Shown: positions 11,168 through 20,479 of the stretch, piece after piece | Position numbering within the stretch: position 1 is the first letter of the stretch | How the letters are laid out: every line of letters starts with the position of its first letter | Assembly: GCA_964619725.1 (NCBI GenBank) | Contig: CAZUFC010000007.1 | Location: forward strand, 32,001 to 96,000 | DNA: 64,000 nt | DNA from: an uncultured bacterium | GTDB lineage: Bacteria; CSSED10-310; CAZUFC01 | Direction of reading: 5' to 3' | Notes under the pieces: generated by a model | The model's database searches: none | What the model was told of the DNA's origin: nothing | The model's input: only the letters and a program-made list of their open reading frames with translations | Made by a program: the position numbers and the translations under genes

Positions 11168-12750
11168 AGGATAAACGAAGACTCGATCCTGTTGAGCTTG
11201 AGATTTATAATCATCTTTTCTCATCAATAGCAGAAGAAATGGGCGCCGTCCTCGAAAGAACCGGTTTTTCTCCCAATATCAAAGAACGAAGAGATTTTTC
11301 ATGCGCTCTGTTCACAAACAAGGGAGAAATGTTCGCTCAGGCCGCCCATATACCCGTTCATCTGGGTTCCATGGGTTCGGCTATCCGTACGACGATCAAA
11401 CGAATGACTCTGGATGAAGGCGATGTAGCCATCCTTAACGATCCTTTCCTGGGGGGGACCCATCTTCCCGACATCACCCTGATAGCGCCCCTGTTTTTCT
11501 GCAGTGAGTGCGCCGGCTATGCGGCAGCAAGAGCACATCACAGCGATATCGGCGGCATTTCTCCCGGGTCCATGCCTTTGTCGAATGAAATATTTCAGGA
11601 AGGCCTGATAATACCTCCTCTGAAATTATTTCAAAATAATAAACTGAATAAAGATGCCCTGAATCTTATCCTTTCCAACGTCCGGACTCCTGAAGAACGA
11701 AAAGGGGACATCGACGCGCAGAAAGCAGCGCTGGATAAAGGCATATCGCGAATCTTGACCCTGATCCGTCAATACGGTCTCCCGGACATACAAAACGCAT
11801 TCCGGCAACTGCTGGACGCCTCTGAAAAAGGTATGCGAAACGAAATCCGGCAGCTCGGAGAAGTTCAGTGCCAATTCGAGGATTTCCTGGACGACGACGG
11901 CTGGACGAATAATCCCTTGAGAATACGCTGCAAAATATATTTCTCGAATGGAAACGCCTTCCTGGACTTCAAAGGCTCTTCCCCTCAAACAGACGGTCCC
12001 GTCAATGCAGTCAGGGCCGTCTCGGAATCCGCCGCCCGTTATGTTTTTAAAGCCGTTTTCGGGAAAGAATTACCCGCTAACGACGGCGCCTTCCGACCCA
12101 TAATCCTGAAAACCGAACCGGGAACCATCGTGGATGCCCTATTTCCGGCTGCTGTCGCTGCAGGAAATGTGGAAACTTCGCAGCGAATAGTCGACGTGCT
12201 GTTGGGCGCCCTGTCGAAAATCATACCCGGTAAAATACCTGCCGCAGCGGCAGGTACAATGTCGAATCTCAGCCTGGGTGGAAAAGACTCCGGTATAAAC
12301 AGCGAACCTTTTTCCTATTACGAAACGATCGCCGGCGGCATGGGCGGCGGGGAAGGGAAAAACGGAGCCCATGCCGTCCAAACGCATATGACCAACACCA
12401 GAAATACACCGGTCGAAGCGCTTGAGTTTTCCTATCCGTTGCAAGTCGTTCGTTACGAAATAAGAAAAAACAGCGGCGGTAAAGGACAGTTCTACGGCGG
12501 CAATGGTCTGATCAGAGAAATTAAAACGCTGGTCCCGGCCAGAGGCGCTCTGCTGGCGGACAGATTCAAAAGAGCCCCCTACGGATTGAAAGAAGGAAAA
12601 CCCGGAAATACCGCTAAAGCCTATATTATAGATAACAGAAAACGAAACGATATTAAATCAAAATGCAATTTTGAACTGCCGCCGCAATCCTCCATCTGCA
12701 TAGAAACACCGGGAGGAGGCGGCTACGGTTCCTGTGACGATAAAGAATGA
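11164..12750 (+). CDS. Hydantoinase B/5-oxoprolinase subunit B family
   Basis: SPNIKERRDFSCA, HIPVHLG, NDPFLGGTHLPD, AHHSDIGG, HMTNTRNTP, ETPGGGGYG; ATGA overlap with subunit A. Confidence 0.93.
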   Translation: MKDKRRLDPVELEIYNHLFSSIAEEMGAVLERTGFSPNIKERRDFSCALFTNKGEMFAQAAHIPVHLGSMGSAIRTTIKRMTLDEGDVAILNDPFLGGTHLPDITLIAPLFFCSECAGYAAARAHHSDIGGISPGSMPLSNEIFQEGLIIPPLKLFQNNKLNKDALNLILSNVRTPEERKGDIDAQKAALDKGISRILTLIRQYGLPDIQNAFRQLLDASEKGMRNEIRQLGEVQCQFEDFLDDDGWTNNPLRIRCKIYFSNGNAFLDFKGSSPQTDGPVNAVRAVSESAARYVFKAVFGKELPANDGAFRPIILKTEPGTIVDALFPAAVAAGNVETSQRIVDVLLGALSKIIPGKIPAAAAGTMSNLSLGGKDSGINSEPFSYYETIAGGMGGGEGKNGAHAVQTHMTNTRNTPVEALEFSYPLQVVRYEIRKNSGGKGQFYGGNGLIREIKTLVPARGALLADRFKRAPYGLKEGKPGNTAKAYIIDNRKRNDIKSKCNFELPPQSSICIETPGGGGYGSCDDKE

Positions 12751-12925
12751 ATTCAATTTCTGACATGTCAGGGAGCTCTAAGAAGCGATATTTAGACGAA
12801 AAAGACCGTAAGAACAGCCATTTCGCAGAAATGGACGGTACCTATATTTCACCGTAACCGGAATGAAACGGCTAATCCCTGCATAAAACTCTTGCCCTTG
12901 CGAACCCGGCATCCAGCTTCCGCCG

Positions 12926-14149
12926 CTATCCTGGCGGCGATTCTGTATCCTTTGTCACTGATTGTCTTTTTCTATACAACATATCGACGAATGCTTCCAG
13001 CCTTGTTTCAACGCCTGTTTTCGACGCATGTTCATCGAAAACCAAAGACATGATCGGTATATTGTAATCTCTGGATACTCTTGTCAGAATAGTCTGAGCC
13101 ACCATTTCCGGCATGCATGTGAAAGGCAGGATATGCACTATCCCGTCGTATCCCTGCCTGGCGAATCGAATCGCTGTACCGACCGAAAGGAGCGATTCCC
13201 CGCCGGCGTTTTCTCTTAAATATTTTTTCGCTTCGCGCTCCGCCTTTTTCAAAGGACTGGATCGAAGCGGCGCGAAGTGAATCCTTTCGTTAAACCAGTC
13301 CGTTAATGTCACGGCCCTTTTTACTGCCGCCCCAGCTTCTCCCAGCATTATTTCTATGTCCAGGTTGGCGAAAGCCTCCAATACCATGAAAATTTCGCCG
13401 ATCAATCCTATCTTGACCGGTTTTCTCGATCTGTCCAAGGAAATTTCCTCATAATGCTTCTTCAGATTACGCTCCAATCTCATCAACTCAAACAAACCGG
13501 ACGTCTGATCGATCATATCCTGCAGCTTCTGATGTATTTTTGTCGTCGCTCCTTTAACTTTTTCGTAAGGACGGAATACGTTTGCAAAATTGTGAGCTTT
13601 ATCCAGAGCTATAAGTCTCCTGAAAATGAAATAGAAATTTTTAATCAGGCGGCTCCTGCTGTTAATGCCGCTTACTTCTCTCATGGTATGCAATATGTTT
13701 TTCAAATGGTCAGGATCATCCGTCCTGATTATTTCAAACCGATAACCCAGCCTTTTCAATATCTGCTCCTGAACCACGCTGTAATACCCCAACCGGCAAG
13801 GTCCCGAACCTCCGATCATCACGATCGTATCAGCGCCCTTTTCCAGTCCTTCGATAAAATTTCCCAGCGTCATTTTGAAAGGCAAACACGCGCCTTCAGG
13901 GCTATGAGGGCTTCCTATCTTCAATGAACGGGAAGCGGTTCGGTCCGGTTCCACGACTTCAACGCCCAGATTCCTCAGAGCGCCCATAAAGGCGAGACTC
14001 ATCGTACCCATATGTGGAAAAACGATTTTCAATTGAGCGATAGAGGATGCAATCCGATTATTTTCTGAACGCAAATGACGCCTTTTCCGTTTTGCCGGAT
14101 CATCTTTCGTTTTATACCAGGCCGCTCCCGCTGACCCGCGTTTCCCCAA
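12926..14149 (-). CDS. CoA-substrate enzyme activase-related / 2-hydroxyacyl-CoA dehydratase family protein
   Basis: FPHMG, SPEGACLPFK, GPCRLG, IGLIGEIF, PFTCMPE, DEH..TRLEAFVD; true start may be near 14032. Confidence 0.8.
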   Translation of the reverse strand: MGKRGSAGAAWYKTKDDPAKRKRRHLRSENNRIASSIAQLKIVFPHMGTMSLAFMGALRNLGVEVVEPDRTASRSLKIGSPHSPEGACLPFKMTLGNFIEGLEKGADTIVMIGGSGPCRLGYYSVVQEQILKRLGYRFEIIRTDDPDHLKNILHTMREVSGINSRSRLIKNFYFIFRRLIALDKAHNFANVFRPYEKVKGATTKIHQKLQDMIDQTSGLFELMRLERNLKKHYEEISLDRSRKPVKIGLIGEIFMVLEAFANLDIEIMLGEAGAAVKRAVTLTDWFNERIHFAPLRSSPLKKAEREAKKYLRENAGGESLLSVGTAIRFARQGYDGIVHILPFTCMPEMVAQTILTRVSRDYNIPIMSLVFDEHASKTGVETRLEAFVDMLYRKRQSVTKDTESPPG

Positions 14150-14253
14150 TTCAGCGCTTCTTCAATGGAAGAAAAAAAATAAACATTGCGGATCACAAAA
14201 TTACTGCGACTGTCGCCTCTGCATATCCATGAAAATAAGCCTGCAGACCGCCG

Positions 14254-15075
14254 CTAGTTATTGATATGAGAAAAACTCTTCTGAGAACTCTGTCCCATGA
14301 AACCCATTCCCGTGACATATTCATAAATCTGCTGCTCTTCTTCTTCACTCAGGTCGCCGGATTTCATTTTGTCCTTCAGCGCATAAAGATCGCCTAATTC
14401 CACCTTCTGCTCGCTTTTCGTTCTTTTCGACCCCGGCCCCTTGATTATGTCTATTTCTCTCGCCTGGGCCGTTTTCCGCTCCGGTTTTCTCTCAACGACT
14501 TCAACATCCTTTTCCGCTTCCTTTATCATCTGCTCCAGGGCCGCAATAATTATCCTTCCTTCAAGTTCGTTAATCTTCGACGCCAACCGGCTTCCGGGGT
14601 CCTTAGACGATATGCTCCAGGCCTTCTCATATACTTCCAGCGCACTCATGTATAAACCTTCCTGAAGATAAAGGTCTCCTTTTTCAACGAGATTATCCAG
14701 CCGGCGGCTTTGCAGATTCTCGATTCTCTTCCTTACCTGCTCCGTCCTGTTCGACCCGGCACGGATAAGAAGTATCAATATTTTCTCATATTGCTCCAGA
14801 GCGGCATCATAACTCCCCTTCTCATACAAGGAATCAGCCACCGTCTTTATATTCTCGGCCTGCGCCAGAGCTTTGCATTCTTTCAGAAGACGCCGGGCTT
14901 CGTCCCGAAATTCGCTCTTCGGATGGTCCCGTATGACGCGCCTGAATTCCGCTGTCGCACGCTCATACATCCCCGCGTCCATGTAACGCTTGCCCTTGTC
15001 CAAATGAACTTTTCCGTCACAAGCAGAAAACAGGACGATACAGGCCGTCAATAAACAGTATGAAAATATTTTCAT
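14254..15075 (-). CDS. TPR-repeat lipoprotein
   Basis: MKIFSYCLLTACIVLFSAC lipobox; TPR-like helices (GMYERATAEFRRVIRDHPKS; GSYDAALEQYEK; GLYMSALEVYEKA). Confidence 0.75.
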   Translation of the reverse strand: MKIFSYCLLTACIVLFSACDGKVHLDKGKRYMDAGMYERATAEFRRVIRDHPKSEFRDEARRLLKECKALAQAENIKTVADSLYEKGSYDAALEQYEKILILLIRAGSNRTEQVRKRIENLQSRRLDNLVEKGDLYLQEGLYMSALEVYEKAWSISSKDPGSRLASKINELEGRIIIAALEQMIKEAEKDVEVVERKPERKTAQAREIDIIKGPGSKRTKSEQKVELGDLYALKDKMKSGDLSEEEEQQIYEYVTGMGFMGQSSQKSFSHINN

Positions 15076-15116
15076 GCTCACTAATCGCCTGATGAAATTC
15101 ACGTTTATGATCAATT

Positions 15117-17615
15117 CTACAGCAATTCCGGGTCCCCGCCCGCCAGAATTTCCACCATGTAATCATGAAAATAATCATGCTCGTCGCTTATCTCTGAGGG
15201 GACTTTTTCTAAATACAAACTTCTGCCGCGAGCAATTTCCTCGCCTAAGCTCATGAGTATATTTTCATTGCTTCTGGCAGTCTCCAATTGCTCCTTGTTA
15301 TAGTTCTTTATATCAAGAAGAATCGTTCGAGCCAGTCTCTTCGCTTTCTCTCTCGCCTCCGACATAGGGTCCTGGCGGCCTGGAGGTGCAGCGGCTTGCG
15401 GAGCGCCCCTTCTCATTCCGGCTTTATATTCTGTCGATTCTTCCCGCTCAACTTCGTCTACAAGCTCAGACACCCAATCTTCCCCTTCCGTATCCGCTCC
15501 AAAATCTGTCTCCATTTTCTCTTCTTCGCCGGGCTTCTCATCCTGTAATTCTCTTTCCTCTTCTTCAAGTCCGAAATCGTATTCCTCCTCCTGCATCGCT
15601 CCTGAATACGCATCTCTCTTCTCTTCGGATTTCCCGGCTTTCTTCGTCTCATCGGTTGTGCCGATTACACCCTGTAAAAGATCGGATACCCATTTCTCAT
15701 CCCTCTTCGGCTTGTCTTGCCGGTCGCCCGCCCCTTCAGTGGGACCCATTATTTTCTCCATCCAGTCTTCCGATTCCTCTTCCTTCCGCTCCTGCCTTCG
15801 ATGTTTTCTCTTTTCAATCAAACGATTCAGCAAGTGTTCCGAACCTACTCCCTTTTCCTCGCTTTCTTCCTCTTCAAACTCCTCCGATATCTCTTCCCCC
15901 TCTTCAGTCTCCTTTTCCTCCGGGAATTCTTCTATTTCCGCTTCCGATTCCTCAACACCCGCTGCAATGCCTTCTTCAACAGCCGCCGGTTTCTCTTCCT
16001 CAGGCTCTTCCGGCTCTTCCGGCTCTTCCGGCTCTTCCGGCTCTTCCGGCTCTTCCGCTCCCTTCATTTCTTCCGCTCCAACTTCTTCTTCAACCGCAAT
16101 CCGTTCCTCCTGCTCCTCTTCGGTTATCTCCTTCGCTTCAATCGGCCCCTCTTCCGCTTCGTCTGCTTCTTCAACCTCTTCCTTTACTGCATCGGTTTGC
16201 TGCGTCGACGATACCGGTTCACTGACTTTGACTTCTTCCCTCTTTTCAACGACTTCCGCTTCAACCTTTTCTTCAGCTCTTTCCTTCTCCTCATCAACTT
16301 TCGGCTCCACTTCCGCTTCAACCTCAGCTTCCGTGATCTTCTTTTCCTCCTCCTTAACCTCAATATCCTCGTCCTTTTCCTCTTCCGCTTCAACCCCGGC
16401 TTTCGCCGCCTTTTCTTCCTCCGCTTTCGATTCTTTCTGCCTGAGCGCTTCAACCGCCTCTTCCGGTTCTGCCTTCTCTTCTGCTTCAACCTCTTCAACC
16501 TTATCCCCGGTTTCCGCATCCTCGCTGGTTCTGTAGGCTATCTCAATAACCTTCTCCTTCACCGCCGGCTCTCTCTTCTCCTCTTCCTCCGTAAGCTCCT
16601 CCTCGACTTTCTTTTCTTCCTTCCCGGCAACCGGTTCTTCCGGCGTTTCTTCCGCCTGAACATCTTCCGTTTCCCTGATTTCCGCCTCTTCAGAAGTCTC
16701 CTTAACAACCTCCTCCTCAAACACGGTCGCCTGCTCTTCCTTCCCTGCCGGTTCAGATTCTTTGGCTTCCAGTTGCGCTTCCTCCGCCTCCAGCTTCTCT
16801 TCTCCCGGTTCCAATTTCTCTATCCCCTTCAGAATCTCTTCAGACATCTTGCGTTCCGCTTCGCTCTTCTCTGCGTCCTTCTCTGCTTCCTTCTCTTCAA
16901 ACGTTTCAAGCGATTTGAGCCGGTCTTCAATCTTATCGAATGAATCCAGGTCTATCTCGTCAGCTTCCTTACCGGCCTGCTCTTTGCCCAATACCTCAAT
17001 TTCTTCGCTAATTCGCCCGTAATCATCCTCCCGGGAATCAACCGTTTCCAGCTTGTCCGTTATGCTGTCCTCTAGAAATCCCCTTTCTTCGAGCAATTCG
17101 TCGATCATTTCATCATGATCTTCCGTATCCCCTGTCAGAGAAAATTCATCTCCCGTCTCTTCCACAATTTCCAGCTCTGATTCCTTCAACGCGTCCGATC
17201 CTAATTCAACCTCCGTACCGGAAACCGGAAACTCCTCATCTTCCTCTATTTCCCTTTCTGCAAACTCGTCAATCTTTCGTTCGTCCTGAAAAGAAAATTT
17301 TTCTATTTCCGTTTCAATTTCCGGCTCCGCCTCATCCTCAACTTCCAACTCTTCTTCCGCCGTCATCTCAGGCTTCATATCATACTTTTCGTGATACACT
17401 TCCGTCAGCGTATCCGCCTCGAATTCAAACTTCTCGGGTATCTCCGGATAATCTTCCACTCCAATCGAAGACTCTTCCCGGTCCAGTGCGCCGCCGCTTC
17501 TGGTTGAAGGAGTCTGCGACTCTTTTTTCGGTTTAAAAAATGTCAAAAAGAGTCCGATCAGGATCAGCAAAAGTCCAAAAAAGGCTATGATGTAAACATA
17601 ATTCATTGCGCTCAT
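15117..17615 (-). CDS. Membrane-anchored Glu-rich protein with conserved RomX-like C-terminal domain
   Basis: N-terminal TM helix, about 700 aa acidic low-complexity region, C-terminal AKRLARTILLDIKNYN..EEIARGRSLYLEKV..LAGGD. Confidence 0.8.
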   Translation of the reverse strand: MSAMNYVYIIAFFGLLLILIGLFLTFFKPKKESQTPSTRSGGALDREESSIGVEDYPEIPEKFEFEADTLTEVYHEKYDMKPEMTAEEELEVEDEAEPEIETEIEKFSFQDERKIDEFAEREIEEDEEFPVSGTEVELGSDALKESELEIVEETGDEFSLTGDTEDHDEMIDELLEERGFLEDSITDKLETVDSREDDYGRISEEIEVLGKEQAGKEADEIDLDSFDKIEDRLKSLETFEEKEAEKDAEKSEAERKMSEEILKGIEKLEPGEEKLEAEEAQLEAKESEPAGKEEQATVFEEEVVKETSEEAEIRETEDVQAEETPEEPVAGKEEKKVEEELTEEEEKREPAVKEKVIEIAYRTSEDAETGDKVEEVEAEEKAEPEEAVEALRQKESKAEEEKAAKAGVEAEEEKDEDIEVKEEEKKITEAEVEAEVEPKVDEEKERAEEKVEAEVVEKREEVKVSEPVSSTQQTDAVKEEVEEADEAEEGPIEAKEITEEEQEERIAVEEEVGAEEMKGAEEPEEPEEPEEPEEPEEPEEEKPAAVEEGIAAGVEESEAEIEEFPEEKETEEGEEISEEFEEEESEEKGVGSEHLLNRLIEKRKHRRQERKEEESEDWMEKIMGPTEGAGDRQDKPKRDEKWVSDLLQGVIGTTDETKKAGKSEEKRDAYSGAMQEEEYDFGLEEEERELQDEKPGEEEKMETDFGADTEGEDWVSELVDEVEREESTEYKAGMRRGAPQAAAPPGRQDPMSEAREKAKRLARTILLDIKNYNKEQLETARSNENILMSLGEEIARGRSLYLEKVPSEISDEHDYFHDYMVEILAGGDPELL
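16003..16056. repeat. Perfect 9-bp tandem repeat (GGCTCTTCC)x6 encoding (EEP)6
   Basis: Read directly from the sequence. Confidence 0.95.
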
Positions 17616-17757
17616 GTGTTCAGCCTCAAGTTATCTTCATTTGAAAATTTTAAATATAAGAATCAAGCGCTCACCGTTCCAACAGAAAATTAACAAAGGA
17701 TTCCCCTGTTGTCAAATACGGGAAAAGCGAAAAGCGAGTCTTCATCATATCATAATT

Positions 17758-18792
17758 CTAATTCGGGGCCCTGTTTTCCCAGCAGTGATCGCAAATGGAA
17801 AGCATGCTTTTACTTCCCTTGATCATCGAATTTCTTATTTCCATCATTTTCTGTCCGTTCCAGCAATCCTCTTCGTGAATATTACCGAATTCTTTTCTCG
17901 GAATAATCACGCAACATGGAGATATATTACCATCGCCGTCAATAGTCAACATCCGGAAAGGATGCGGACAACAGGTCGTGGTCAGGTCAGGACGAACGAG
18001 CCTGGGCGGCAAAATTTCCATCGAGCCGACAGACAAGGGAATTGCGGCGATTTTCTTTCTCATTTCATTAGTATCGTAGAGACACTTTTCATGGCTTGTC
18101 ATCTCTGAGCATTCGTAAGACAAAAGATTTTGAAATAAAACGCGGTCAACTCCCAGAGTCGTACCGAGTTTTATAAAATCATTCATTTTATCATAATTAT
18201 CCGTGCTTACGACATGTGAGAGAGCTATTTTCAGTCCTGATCCTTCTTTTTCTCTTTCGGAGGCGAGAGTCTCAATCCCCTTGACGATTCTCCAGTATAA
18301 TTCTTCGGACCCTTTGCGCAGACGTTTATACCCATCAGGATCAGAAGCATCCAGGCTGACATTGAGAACATCGAGCGGAGAACGCAGCAATTTCTTTATA
18401 TTATCCTCTGTTAAGAGCGTTCCGTTCGTTGAGACGGTCGTATGAAGATCATTGTTCGACGATATTCGTATAAATTCAAACAGGCGCTCGTGCAAAAACG
18501 GCTCGCCTCCCACCAGGCCGATGGATTCAGCAGAACGGTTCTCCGCTGTGAATTTTTTAAACATCTCAACGGTCATATCCTGAAAAGGCTTTTCAGGTCC
18601 GAAATTCGAATGCGAGGCGAAAGGACATGTGTTGCAGCTCATATTGCAGCGATGAGTGATAAAAGCCATCAATTCCAGGGGTCTGTAATTCAATCTGGGA
18701 GAATCCGTCCCAAAAATTTTGCGCTTCATCCGGTTCAGAAGCTGCCGACGATTCAATCTCCCGGCCAGAGCCAATTTTGATCTTAAACCCAA
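17758..18792 (-). CDS. Radical SAM protein with SPASM/twitch domain
   Basis: CNMSCNTC, GGEPFLH, STNGTLL, VSLD, CPHPF..DGNISPCC..FGNI..CDHC. Confidence 0.9.
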   Translation of the reverse strand: MGLRSKLALAGRLNRRQLLNRMKRKIFGTDSPRLNYRPLELMAFITHRCNMSCNTCPFASHSNFGPEKPFQDMTVEMFKKFTAENRSAESIGLVGGEPFLHERLFEFIRISSNNDLHTTVSTNGTLLTEDNIKKLLRSPLDVLNVSLDASDPDGYKRLRKGSEELYWRIVKGIETLASEREKEGSGLKIALSHVVSTDNYDKMNDFIKLGTTLGVDRVLFQNLLSYECSEMTSHEKCLYDTNEMRKKIAAIPLSVGSMEILPPRLVRPDLTTTCCPHPFRMLTIDGDGNISPCCVIIPRKEFGNIHEEDCWNGQKMMEIRNSMIKGSKSMLSICDHCWENRAPN

Positions 18793-18842
18793 ATTTCTCC
18801 TCCGTATGAAAACTGCTCACAAGCAGACGGTTGAATCGCCTG

Positions 18843-19319
18843 TCATCCTGCCGCCGTTATCAGGGCCGTGAACCATCCCGCGGCCATGAAGGGGAGAAAA
18901 GGCGCCCTGATCTCCCCACAATCCCTTTTAACAAAAAAGCGATTTAAATACCAGATAAAATGAATGAGCGCTGCGGCAATGAATGCGACCGGTATAAAGA
19001 GCCATGGAAACGCGGGAGGATGACAGCAAAAGATCAGAGCAATGGAGGCTTTCACGTCTGCAGGATGAACAAGTCCTGAAAATAGGTAGAAAACAATGAC
19101 AAGAGCAGAAAAACCAAGCGGAGCCAGAAAGGAACTTATATTTTTCTCATCGGTCAGATAAAGAAAAATCGCCATCAGGAATATGAAAAACCATATCCCG
19201 TTTGAGAATTTCCTGAATCTCCAATCCTGGATGCTTCCCCACACCAGCAAAGCCGAGACGATAATCTTGACCGTGGTTATCGACGACGGCAAATCGTTTA
19301 ACGTTTCATCACCCAACAA
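18843..19319 (-). CDS. A24 prepilin peptidase, short TadV/CpaA-like
   Basis: Multi-TM protein; QDWRFRKFSN and HPADVK carry both catalytic Asp; C-terminal APFLPFMAAG. Confidence 0.75.
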   Translation of the reverse strand: MLGDETLNDLPSSITTVKIIVSALLVWGSIQDWRFRKFSNGIWFFIFLMAIFLYLTDEKNISSFLAPLGFSALVIVFYLFSGLVHPADVKASIALIFCCHPPAFPWLFIPVAFIAAALIHFIWYLNRFFVKRDCGEIRAPFLPFMAAGWFTALITAAG

Positions 19320-19402
19320 GCATTATCCCCAATTTTGCGTTGTCCTTCCACATGGAACCTTCAGCATGCCGTCTCCGTTTTTATTCCCCATTAACAGCAA
19401 CA

Positions 19403-20476
19403 TCAACAGCAATCGCAACAGAACGTATCAATAGCCCAGCATGCGCAAAGTTGCTCCACGCATCGATCAGACTCCGAATAACGTTTTCCGCAACACATCC
19501 TTGAAAAACATAAAAACAGAAAACAGCATGCTATGCAGCCGCCGCATTCCTCTATGATGCCCTCCTGGGCCGTCAGAAAATGTCCGATCCGGCTGTTGAA
19601 CACCGGGTCTGTTTCGGGCAGCTTTTTCGGAAGATGAACAAGCAGCGAGCTATCGAATATTCTTTTGCATATTTCATAATTCGGCAGCTCCGTTAACTCA
19701 TCCCATAAGGAATTCAGAATCGTCATCTCTTTTTCAAAGGCTTCTCTGATCGGCCTTATGTCCACAGCCATCACATCTTCGCTGATCTGAAGCGTAAAAC
19801 AATTTAAAACCGCGTTGAAATAACGCCTTCTGACATCCTTTTTAAAATCAAGACAGGCGTCCAGCAAATAAATCATCCGGCCCAGGCGCTTACCGAACTC
19901 TCCCAATACTTCAACCGTCCTTGAAATAAAACCTGCCCTCACGCCTGACGCTTGCAGAATGTATTTTAAGCCTTCAGCGGAAGATTCAGCATAAACTTCA
20001 TATTGATCCCGGTCATCTTTTTCATTGCTCGCCTGCTTCCTGAACAATCCGTGAAGCCTTTTCATATCCAGTCCGCAGCTTTCCTTCACTCGGGTCTTCA
20101 TCCTGTCGAATGTCCTCCCGTAAAAACGATAAAATAACTTGTCCCTTAAACCGCCCCTGTCTTCAATGTGATCAATCGCCTTAAAATATCCCAGAAGAAC
20201 GCTCATATCGGCAGCCCTGTCGAACATCGGATCAGACAGACTTACGGATATCTTTCTTAAAGGATTAACAGGACACTTTCCACGGAATTCGACAAATGAA
20301 GCCTTCGCGTTGGACGTCAGCAATGATGTGAAAAGCGCATCATGACTCGTCATCATAGCTGCCTTGCCGCCGTAACGGTTTCTTAATGCGCTGCAGACGC
20401 TGCAATAATATCCCCTGTATACTTTTTGAAAATCTTTTTCGCCGGCGGGTGTTCGAGGTTTTAAAAAACCATACAT
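19403..20476 (-). CDS. DUF5685-like protein with Cys-rich C-terminal tail
   Basis: MYGFLKP..YRGYYCSVCSALRNRYG, KAIDHIED, IYLLDACLD; last 51 aa contain 14 Cys. Confidence 0.75.
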   Translation of the reverse strand: MYGFLKPRTPAGEKDFQKVYRGYYCSVCSALRNRYGGKAAMMTSHDALFTSLLTSNAKASFVEFRGKCPVNPLRKISVSLSDPMFDRAADMSVLLGYFKAIDHIEDRGGLRDKLFYRFYGRTFDRMKTRVKESCGLDMKRLHGLFRKQASNEKDDRDQYEVYAESSAEGLKYILQASGVRAGFISRTVEVLGEFGKRLGRMIYLLDACLDFKKDVRRRYFNAVLNCFTLQISEDVMAVDIRPIREAFEKEMTILNSLWDELTELPNYEICKRIFDSSLLVHLPKKLPETDPVFNSRIGHFLTAQEGIIEECGGCIACCFLFLCFSRMCCGKRYSESDRCVEQLCACWAIDTFCCDCC

Positions 20477-20479
20477 CCT

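Noticed and set aside
15386-17022. Long plus-strand Ser-rich and Phe/Leu/Arg-rich ORFs
   Set aside because: Antisense shadows of the Glu-rich gene caused by low complexity
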